35,118 nucleotides of DNA, taken from the NCBI RefSeq assembly GCF_001194135.2, contig NC_068983.1:26792533-26827650 (forward strand). Reading direction: 5' to 3'. Position 1 is the stretch's first letter; the number at the start of each line of letters is the position of its first letter. Below the pieces are notes generated by a model, which worked only from the letters and a program-made list of their open reading frames with translations, had not been told where the DNA came from and made no database searches. Made by a program: the position numbers and the translations under genes. The DNA comes from Octopus bimaculoides (taxonomy: Eukaryota). This document shows positions 25,353 to 35,118 of this stretch, piece after piece.

Positions 25353-26020
25353 GAAAACTAGATACTACACTGCTGTTTTTCGCGAGCATCAACATTGGAA
25401 GAGCAGTTTCTCGATCGAAATGTTTTTTCGCAGCGACGTGTTACACATCAAAGAATGTACCATAGACATGTCGTACTTGAATTTTGGAGAACGATTGAAA
25501 GATATGGTATATATCGAAAACGTCTTTACGGAATCATTTGGCAGTGTTGCCCAGTATATAATATATAATGCATGTAGAAGCGCACGCAGAAAAACGTGAA
25601 ATAATTCATCAGAGAACAATATATTTCATAGCTTGTATGTGTACTGAACAACATAATATCGTAATTGGATCAGAGTTCAATTTTTCTGTAGTATCTGTGA
25701 GGAACATTAACTCAGATCTCCTTACAGGAAAGACTCCCTGAATACTTCTCAATTGAATATCTGAAATAATTTGCACTTTTATTTTTTTTCTCACTTCTCA
25801 CGCTCTCATTATTCTTATGCAGTTCTCGTATTCTTCCTCACTTCATACAATTATAATCTATTCCCAAGATAAAGTTAACGAATTGAAACTTTCATTATAG
25901 TATTTCTTGTATCAAATCTTAACACGCATAGCTTCCACATACTCACAAATGGATGCACACTCACAAACACGTACACATATAATGAGACCCACGCAGTCAT
26001 TTATATATATATATATATAT

Positions 26021-26045
26021 NNNNNNNNNNNNNNNNNNNNNNNNN
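26021..26045. other. Assembly gap (25 N) between (TA)n and (TG)n
   Basis: N run. Confidence 1.
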
Positions 26046-26208
26046 GTGTGTGTGTGTGCGTGTGTGTGTGTGCGTACATAAATACATAATTAGTACTAGT
26101 TTATTTATATAGCATTCTGAATTTCTATGATAATGTATAGATTGACCAAAAGATGACCGCCTGCATTATACTGTTATTCACTTTCTCAAATATTTGCTGA
26201 AACATTTG

Positions 26209-26331
26209 AAAGCCATTCAACTTGCTGGCAGTAATTTGAAGGTAACGCAATTGACTTTGTCAAAGATTTATTTGAACTGCCACAAAGTTAATATCCATGG
26301 AAAATATAATGCATCACATCAGTATTAGTTG
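26209..26331 (+). repeat. Copy C of the 123-nt module
   Basis: Gapless alignment to 28978-29100, 78/123 identical. Similarity continues about 40 nt further with a 2-nt indel. Confidence 0.78.
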
Positions 26332-27124
26332 TTAAAAATATTAGACAGCGATGAGTATCGAGGGGCCAGTATAATGTTCTTTAGATAACCTCACGATCAA
26401 CTGTACTGACAAACTCAGATAATAAAAGAACTCATAAATTCTGTTCGATATAAGATTTCTTATAATTTTATTCTTAGAACTTTCAATGCCTAATTTAGAG
26501 GAAACATACGAGGTAAAGAGTTAAAGTAAAAACAAAGGCATGTTCTTTAACATTTGAGGATCCTAATAAAGCTGATTTATGCATAAAGATATTTTAGTCA
26601 GAGAAAATATCATATCTGGTTGCGCATTTCAAGCAATTCAAAGTCTAAAGGATGCGGTTTCGTGTAATTTGGTTACAATGTCTAGCCGGTTGCGCATCCA
26701 CGAAGAAAAGTCAATTGTTTGTAAGACTGTTAATTAATCGAATTTCATTACTAAATAAGTTAATAATTTAGGAACAGGGCCAACATTTTTGACGGAAATG
26801 TTGTCCACACTATCGAAATCAGCACTTAGCTAATAACTTATTTTATCGATCTTCGATGGAGTACATTCAAGGAATTTTACCTTACAGGCTAAAGAACCGT
26901 ATCTAAACACTTCAAGACGTCACAGATATTTCTCTATCGTCACTCTAAATGCCATTCGTTTTAACTAAAATATTATAAGAAATCGATATTTATTTTATAT
27001 ATTAAAGTATTTTCATGTTCATTATTAGAGTACATGGAATATGTGCAAATTGCAGAAAGGATAGAGTGTAAGATGATCTGCCTTGCGAAACTTCTCCCGG
27101 CGTGTTAACGTTATCAGTGCATAC

Positions 27125-27240
27125 TATGCCGACGTCAGCTTTCCTTTCCACAGTCGATAAATCAAAATACCGTGAACTATTGCGGGGGAGGATATCGACT
27201 AACTCCCTACTCCCGAAATTGCAGGCCTTGAACTAAAATG
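27125..27240 (+). mobile_element. Highly decayed SINE 3' part
   Basis: gccgacgtcagctttcctttcc..gtcgataaat...atatcgactaactccc..ccgaaattgcaggccttg resembles the other copies. Confidence 0.6.
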
Positions 27241-27659
27241 ATATTCCGATATTAAAATTCACTGTAGTAATTTGAAAATTCATATTTCACTTAATGAAGT
27301 TTGCACATGGAATAGTAAATTGTATGTTACCCTATTTTCTGAGTCTAATTAGAATATATCTAACGTAAACAATAGACTCGTAAGTGACTCGTAATAGACT
27401 GAACCATTAAATCGTGAGTAATAAAATGGACTTCACTTTGACTTAAGGAAAATAAGAAGAAGAATTTGCGTTGGAACTATATACTTTGTGGGGGAAAAGG
27501 TGAATCATTTACGTTTATTGGTGAGTAATTAGATGCCAGTTTGAGGGACAGGCAGAAATAAGTGATCGAAATGATTAACAAGAGCAAAGCAAATATTAGA
27601 AGATTATGAGAAATACACCATGTATAAAAGTTGCAACTAGAAAAAGAAGCAACTTCAAA

Positions 27660-28075
27660 GAAGGTGTTCATTACGATTCAGCCCTTCCACACGGTGTCAA
27701 AATAGGATACGCCAGAAATGAACTTACACGCATCCACAGCAAGTGCAACAGGACAGAGGATAATGTGACTCACACCATATGTTTCCAAGAGGTATTGAAA
27801 ACCAACGAGTACCTTATATCCATATATCCACTTTGTAAAACGGTTTAAGTAACTAAGACGACAAACACGCCGAACACACAGAAAACCCAGCAACCCGTAC
27901 TTCCTTAAAACACCTCATTTTAGCGAGAGGATAACTACAGCCATCCGAAGAGCCATAAGGAGAGAAGGATTAGACATATAACTAGCCCACTCTGGCACCA
28001 CTATAAGAAGGTACCCAGCAAAGAAACGAGCAAGGGACAGCAATCAATGCACACTAGCTAACTGCTCCATCCGTG
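27660..28075 (+). mobile_element. Penelope-like retroelement fragment (RT C-terminal region, linker, start of the Cys motif before GIY-YIG)
   Basis: VHYDSALPHGVKIGYARNELTRIHSKC...EVLKTNEY, then after a frameshift YFLKTPHFSERITTAIRRAIRREGLDI*LAHSGTTIRR...CTLANCSI. This fits the PLE pattern HYxSxHPxxVK...R...C...NGY / LPYxSE...IRR...TLR...CxxxxC. Confidence 0.75.
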
Positions 28076-28157
28076 ACACATATTTAATTTTCCCCATAAG
28101 AAAGAAACAAATAATACAATGTCGCTGTAGGTAATAACACACGGGCAACGCCGGGAT

Positions 28158-28158
<1 letters not shown>

Positions 28159-28193
<35 letters not shown>

Positions 28194-28200
28194 ACACACA
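28159..28200. repeat. (CA)n microsatellite
   Basis: Read directly. Confidence 0.97.
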
Positions 28201-28409
28201 TATACGACCGATAAGAGAGGTGAAGTGAGAGCGTAGATATTCAACGAATGGAACAAGCATCTACACCCTAGCCTCACGTCTCTTATCTGTTGTATTTTGT
28301 ACATCGTGGATTTTTTGAGCAACACTAAGGCGAATGCATATGTAAATACATAGTCAAAAATATTGGACAGACATATAATAAAGAACAGTGATTGTCTTAT
28401 CATCCGTTC

Positions 28410-28483
<74 letters not shown>
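28410..28483. repeat. (GATA)n microsatellite
   Basis: Read directly. Confidence 0.97.
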
Positions 28484-28484
<1 letters not shown>

Positions 28485-28977
28485 GATAGACGTGTATATT
28501 ATGAGAAAGGTCACTTAATATTTGAACGCAGATGTAATACTTTTTCCTTTAAACTACGGATGCAAATGTCCTTAATTATCTTGATACAATGCGTAGACTT
28601 CAATGGAGGCTGTATCTCAGCCGATTATTGTGAGCATGAATAGAAAAAGATTCATTTTCAATTTCGGAATGACTAATCGTCATCTATTCGTTTTATGACA
28701 CTTCCATATCTCTATTAGCACTCAGTAAAATTTGTCAGTATAATGCAGTTTAACGGTTAGCTAATGTGATTGAAATATTCATCAATTTATTGTCGTGTTC
28801 TCAGAATGTTGCACCTATGATTTATGTGTGCATATTTAGTAATATCTTATTTCAAATATTAATATGGATTTCTCCCGGTATATAGTGTGTCGAAGGAATT
28901 GTCTTATAATTATACTCCGTTATTTTCTAGCTGAAATTGTTAGATTAAATAGTTTAAGAAATTAGAAATATTTCATA

Positions 28978-29100
28978 AAAGCCATTCATCATGACGACAT
29001 TCATATGAAAAAAATCTAATTTTCCTTATCAAAGGATTATTTGAAATTTTGCAATGTGAACATCCATTGCGAAAGACAAGTGTGTGATCAATTTCATTTG
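28978..29100 (+). repeat. Copy B of the 123-nt module
   Basis: See copies A and C. Confidence 0.8.
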
Positions 29101-29974
29101 ATGGACGGTTTAAACAACTAAGTATCGGGGGATTTGTATAATATAGTAAACAACACAGCTCTGAGAAGCAGAACATTTTTTTTTCTATTGGATTTCGAAA
29201 ACACTGCAGAATTTAAATGCTTAATTTAAAAAAAAAGAATACGAAATGATCCGAGGTAGAGAAATGATGCGAAGATTAGTGGTTGTAGTTTCTTTAACCC
29301 CAGTTGGCCATGGACGCGATTATCTATAATGAATACTTAAGTGAACGTTGATAACCTTTTGCTCCTGTCGTAGATACGTAATGTTATTATTAAACAGGAG
29401 AAATTGGTGACGCTAATTGGTTCCTTAATAAACCATAGGTATTTCTACTAATGAAGGTAATAAAATTTCATGAATCATACACAAGCAAGGCCACGGGATT
29501 GTTTTGTGTTTCGTTAAAGTTAATTGAATGAGAAAGAAATTCAGGCCTCAAAGAATTTATGCAAATAAGAAATGGTTTGATTAATGATAGTTTTGACAAA
29601 CAACAATGTGCAATAACAAAATAACAAATTACTCATCAATCCCACAGTGTTAATAGTGTTAACGACATCTACAGCGCAAGAAATGAGGTGAATTAGCAGA
29701 ATCGTTGCAGCATCGGAGATTAAGCCTTGCAATATGTACAATATCTGTCTTGAGTACCAATGCAGTCGAGGTCAGCTTCGCCATTCTTGCTTCTTCAGTG
29801 AACAGAATACAACAGCACTCAATTCCATTTAGTTGACTTGCAGATAATTTCTCACACTAGGCTTGTTTTCAATATACTTAAAGCATTCACAATAATAGTA
29901 GGGAAATAGGCCGACATATTCGTAGAAAGATTACTGTTTAGTCATATAAACTTAGCAATGTTGCATTCTTATAA

Positions 29975-30023
29975 AATGATAATAATAACAACAACAATAA
30001 TAATAATAATAATAATAATAATA
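29975..30023. repeat. (AAT)n/(AAC)n tract abutting the 5' truncation of the R4/Dong-like element
   Basis: Read directly. Confidence 0.95.
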
Positions 30024-30028
30024 TTCTT

Positions 30029-31241
30029 AACTAGACTCTAAATGAACTAACCAAAATAGACAGGAAAAAACGAAAAATAATGATAGTAATCTGACATAGA
30101 GAGTTTATGTATACAACGTATCCATGGTGTTAGAGAACTTCATATAGCTAGAAGTGTAGAACAAAATAACCACCATACGACTACAGAAATACCTACTGCA
30201 GATGTATGTAAAACTAATACAAATATCAACAAAACAGAACAAAACAAAAAACTGTTTTCAGTTTTTAAGGAAGCTGAAAAATACAAAAAATAGTCATAGT
30301 TCCTAAGAGATATGATGAAAAATAAGAAAGAATGAAATCTGTAAAACAACGAAAAACCAAACTAAAACTGGAACAGTAACGCATCATGATAAAACAATAG
30401 CAGCAAAAGGTCCTTCACGGCAAATACTGGGTTAAACTAAACAGAAATGAAATAGACGAATCAAAATTCCAAAAATGGCGGAGAAGCTCAGGACTCAAAA
30501 CAGAGACTGAAGGATTTTTAATTACAACACAAGACGAAAACCTTCTCACCAGAAATTACCAAATCATGTTATGACAACAAATACAAGTAACTGCAAAATA
30601 TGAGGAGATGGAGAAGAAACAGTAAAACATATCATCACTGGTTGCACAGTCCTGGCTAAAAAGGAATATATTCACAGACACGATAGTGTTGGGACCTATA
30701 AACACTAGAAGTTATTGCAAACACTATGGGATAACAACAGAAAAAAAATGGTATAGGTACATGCCAGAAAAGGTCACAGAATTGAGAAAATAACCATAAT
30801 CTGGGATATGCAAATCTACATAGATTGAGAAATTAAGGTCAATAAGCCAGATATATATGCCAAAGATCACCAAGAAAAAAACTGCTTTCTAATCGATGTA
30901 TCAATACCAACAAATAACAATGTTTCTCTAAAAGAAACGGAGAAACATTAAAAATACAAAGATATGGAAATAGAGATAACTCGAATGTGGAGTCTGAAAA
31001 TAGTAACAATTCCTATCATAGTAAATGCATTAGGTATAATAAAAAAATATTCAGACAAATACATAACAAAATCTCCAGGACTAATAATTGCATGTAACAT
31101 ACAGAAAATAGCACTACAAGGCACCGCACACAACTACGTAAAACACTTTCAATACTGTAAAAATAAGAGCATCACACCAAACCACAACACATACTGCGCT
31201 CGGTAGTGCAGTGAAAGCACGTGATAAAAATAAGACTACTG
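30029..31241 (+). mobile_element. 5'-truncated, decayed R4/Dong-clade non-LTR retrotransposon (post-RT region, CCHC knuckle, restriction-like endonuclease, 3' UTR)
   Basis: N*TLNELTKIDRKKRKIM, DIESLCIQR..GVREL, KVLHGKY, GLKTETEGF...QD...TRNY, CKI*GDGEETVKHIITGC (30592-30645), YIHRHD, IWD, NKPD (about 30847), LIDVSIP, KETEKH*KYKDMEIEITRMW, PIIVNALG, IQKIALQGTAH. Followed by an (AAT)n tail at 31242-31280. Confidence 0.92.
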
Positions 31242-31280
31242 AATAATAATAATAAAAATAATCATAATAATAATAATAAT

Positions 31281-31494
31281 AAAATATCAGACAAATACAT
31301 AACAAAAACATCAGGACTTACAAATATATATAACATACAGAAAATTGCACTACTGGGCACTGCACACATCCTACGCAAAATACTTTCAATACAGTAACCA
31401 TAAGAGCATCACACCAAATTACAGCACATACCCAAGGCACACAGAGCTGCGCTCGGTAGTGAAGTGAAAGCACGTTATAAAAATAAAACTACTG
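31281..31494 (+). mobile_element. Second 3'-end fragment of the same R4/Dong-like family, with its own AAT tail to about 31512
   Basis: Aligns with about 31043-31241 and carries a roughly 16-nt 3' UTR segment missing from the first copy. Confidence 0.92.
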
Positions 31495-31654
31495 AACAAT
31501 AATAATGATAATATTTCAAAAACCAGCATTGCTTTGTACCGCAAGAAATGTGCGGAGAGTTCTTGAAGTATAACCAGTGTCACCTCAGTCTGCTGGATGT
31601 GGACAGCTAACACTTTCCATGATACCCAGCAAAATAGGGTGTGATTTCTTTTTT

Positions 31655-31836
31655 TGTGGGAAGGGTTAAATCGATAACATCAACTCCAGCACAAAGAATG
31701 TATCTATGTCATTGACCCTTAAAAGAATGAAAGGGGATGCCGACCTTGAAAGACTTTCAACTTAGAACGTAAGTATCGACGAAATGCCAATAAACATTTC
31801 GCACGGAATGCTAACGATTCTGCCCGCTCGCCGCCT

Positions 31837-31837
<1 letters not shown>
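31655..31837 (-). mobile_element. Diverged tRNA-derived SINE
   Basis: tgctaacgattctgcccgctcgccgcctt is the reverse complement of the SINE head; aaagaatgaaagg...cgacct...aacttagaacgtaa matches the body. Confidence 0.85.
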
Positions 31838-31868
<31 letters not shown>

Positions 31869-31897
31869 ATAATAATAATAATAATAATAATGATAAT
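31838..31897. repeat. (ACT)n(AAT)n microsatellite next to the SINE head
   Basis: Read directly. Confidence 0.96.
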
Positions 31898-32123
31898 TCC
31901 GTTATGTGATACACAAATAATTGTTTCCCTGGGCCCAAAATTTATACAATTGATTTCCATTATATAAATAACTAGTATTCTCGTGAAAATCTTGCAGCTG
32001 GTAGACTTTTATATTTAACTTCTACAATTGTTAGGCAGTCTTTGCGATATAAATATTTCGGTAACTTTTACAACATTACTACAACTACAGGTGTGTATAA
32101 GATAAATCTAAAATGAAAAATGG

Positions 32124-32223
32124 NNNNNNNNNNNNNNNNNNNNNNNNNNNNNNNNNNNNNNNNNNNNNNNNNNNNNNNNNNNNNNNNNNNNNNNNNNNNN
32201 NNNNNNNNNNNNNNNNNNNNNNN
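32124..32223. other. Assembly gap (100 N, probably unsized)
   Basis: N run. Confidence 1.
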
Positions 32224-33576
32224 TATACTTAACAGAATATAAATATTTAAACCTATACCACAGAAACATAAAATAGAAATTAAGACAAAAGCATCAATCT
32301 ATCTTTCTCGGTACACTGTTTTATCCGACTTGAATCTAAATAGACATATACTACACTTTGAAAACATTGCTTTGTGTCTAGACATAATGATAATATAAAA
32401 GCCTGGCAAATACAGCTATATTTTCACTCTCATCATTATTTATTTTATTTTTATAATATAGTTTTTCGTCTTTTGATCAGAGTCAATATGTTTCCTTTCA
32501 CACATTATCCTGTAGACTTGTAATCAACACTGGCAGTTACTCTAAAAATAGATGACGGTTGTACTTTGGCAATCTGTCAGTCTTCATCAATGGTGCTTTA
32601 TTTCTACTGACCACCTGTCGTAGTTGGCTAAATATCTGCAGAGTAAGAGGCACTCAAATTGGCTATTCGTTTGACAAATAGAGAGAAGACAACGAAGATA
32701 ATAGCATCAAAAATTGGAGATGTATTCTAGCGAATGATACTACTGTTGTCGAAATTAATTGTTCTATTGTTATTGAACAGATTTCTAAGAAAATTGCAGC
32801 ATATATCTCGTCACTGTAATGTGCACTCAAAGATATTATCTTCAGATAGTTTACATTGTCTGGAGAAAATATGTAGAATACTTAGAACCTGTTTACATGC
32901 ATATGTCTTTCTATATACATACCAATCTTTTATGCCACAGACATCTTTTAAATCGTTCGAATATAGTGAAAAGGAATACTTACAGGATTCCCAGTTCTAA
33001 AGTATATTATTGTTTTAAGAAGATCTACATAGTCATAAGTCATATAACTATATTAAACGTATGTACTATGTTCTCACTATAAAGAACCAAAAGGAAAAAA
33101 AATATAAAACTGTTTAGAATTTTATTTTTACTCAAACACACACGCACACACACGCACACACACACACATACACTTACTCATGGATGTATGTACGTGTATG
33201 TGTCTGGATTTTATGGATTTATAACTAGGCACGCATATAAAAATCCAAACATATATGCAATACAAATATGTATAGATTTACCCATATGTTTATAGATTTA
33301 AGAATAGAAGTATTAACCACGATTCTTTCTGCTTATAGAAGTGTTATTAAGGCAAATAAATATATGCATCCATACGGATCACTCGCCACTGAACTTTTTT
33401 TTTAATTTTCTCTGCCTGTTTACTTTTGTGTTCCTTTCTGTCGATGAGCGTAGGTTCGAAACGTAAAAAATTTTTTCTCACATCCCAAGCGTTAAAATAA
33501 AACATCTGTCTGTTGTTTACACACCCGCCTTCGTCCATTGTATTTTTTGTAAAATCTCACTATTTATATATATATA

Positions 33577-33972
33577 NNNNNNNNNNNNNNNNNNNNNNNN
33601 NNNNNNNNNNNNNNNNNNNNNNNNNNNNNNNNNNNNNNNNNNNNNNNNNNNNNNNNNNNNNNNNNNNNNNNNNNNNNNNNNNNNNNNNNNNNNNNNNNNN
33701 NNNNNNNNNNNNNNNNNNNNNNNNNNNNNNNNNNNNNNNNNNNNNNNNNNNNNNNNNNNNNNNNNNNNNNNNNNNNNNNNNNNNNNNNNNNNNNNNNNNN
33801 NNNNNNNNNNNNNNNNNNNNNNNNNNNNNNNNNNNNNNNNNNNNNNNNNNNNNNNNNNNNNNNNNNNNNNNNNNNNNNNNNNNNNNNNNNNNNNNNNNNN
33901 NNNNNNNNNNNNNNNNNNNNNNNNNNNNNNNNNNNNNNNNNNNNNNNNNNNNNNNNNNNNNNNNNNNNNNNN
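33577..33972. other. Assembly gap (396 N)
   Basis: N run; explains the poly-X ORFs. Confidence 1.
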
Positions 33973-33983
33973 TATATATTGAT

Positions 33984-33984
<1 letters not shown>

Positions 33985-34062
<78 letters not shown>
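33985..34062. repeat. (GATA)n microsatellite
   Basis: Read directly. Confidence 0.97.
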
Positions 34063-34923
34063 TGCATGTATTTATATGTGTTTCCATATCTTCCCGAGGC
34101 AAACGCTGCATTTTTCTGTTAATCAGAATAATTCGGTGTATTTAGAGTGGAAGATAATACCGACCTTCTTCGCAGTGAGTAGAACATTAACCGTGCCCGG
34201 TGTTACTAGCCCACAATTACAGGTTGATATATCAAGGGTCGATGCATTATTGATGCAGTTTCCCGCTGATAACAATCACTAACATGTCCTTCTCCATAGT
34301 GGTCTGCCTATTATAAAGCAATTTTGAGTGTTGTGATTTTTCTGCTCGATTTATATGCGGCCGATTTCATTCAGCAGTCGGTAATTCTGACACTTCATCT
34401 AAAGTTTTTATTTTAATAAATGAAGAGTTTATGTTGTATGGTATTTGATATCCCTATATGTGCCTGCTATTCACTTATATGATACTAATCACCTTCGGTT
34501 AATTCACTTACATCAATGATTCCTTTTACTATGCATCGTCCTAAAATGTTATCTTTTAGTTTTTGCACAATGGAGACTTATTGGCTGAGAAATTACTATA
34601 GAAATGGCCTGGCTGAAAATAACTGTAAACTCAGAAAAAAACGTATCGTCGACTCTCCTCATTTTGATAGAAACGTCTCCTTTTCTTCAATGACGTTCCA
34701 GATTTGGAGCTTTCTTGATTCTTGAGATTATCTCCCTTTCTCCTGGGGAGGTAATCATAATTACCATTCTGCACAAAGGATGGAAGTGACGGTATTTTTA
34801 ATCTATAAAGAACTACGGCAAATGATATTTAATATCCATCAATTTGTCTACTGACAGTGATGTCCTGATTGATGAAATTTCATCTCCCACATATATACAC
34901 ATACATACATGTGCATTCCCAAA

Positions 34924-34926
<3 letters not shown>

Positions 34927-35010
<84 letters not shown>

Positions 35011-35030
35011 GGGATAGAGAGGGCGAGAGA
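34927..35030. repeat. Compound (CA)n(TA)n(GA)n microsatellite
   Basis: Read directly. Confidence 0.96.
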
Positions 35031-35118
35031 GAGAGGGAGAGAGATTGATAGATAGATACATAGATTGATGAATAGATAGAGAGACAGATTGATACATATA
35101 TATACACATATGTATATA

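Noticed and set aside
33513-34111. Long poly-X ORFs
   Set aside because: Artefacts of the N gap and the GATA repeat.

Overview
AT-rich, repeat-dense eukaryotic (animal) DNA with four N-gaps. The dominant tRNA-derived SINE and the mariner MITE resemble repeats I recall from Octopus genomes, so a coleoid cephalopod intron or intergenic region is likely (inference, not database-verified). No intact protein-coding gene is recognisable. Most listed ORFs are microsatellite read-throughs or transposon debris. Well-supported content: a decayed RTE-clade LINE (about 1910-4560), a 5'-truncated R4/Dong-like RLE retrotransposon with a second 3' fragment stacked in its (TAA)n tail (about 30029-31494), a Penelope-like fragment, two TA-flanked MITEs, a mariner transposase remnant, several SINE copies and many microsatellites. 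Structure these do not explain: three diverged, indel-free, same-strand copies of a 123-nt module spaced about 3 kb apart; a duplicated 144-nt GT...AG unit; a 111-nt near-perfect hairpin; a 355-bp-arm inverted repeat; an AATCAATA motif cluster; and a few candidate exons, two of which splice in frame into a weak complement-C3/TEP-like or filamin-like motif. All of these are hypotheses that need alignment or RNA data.
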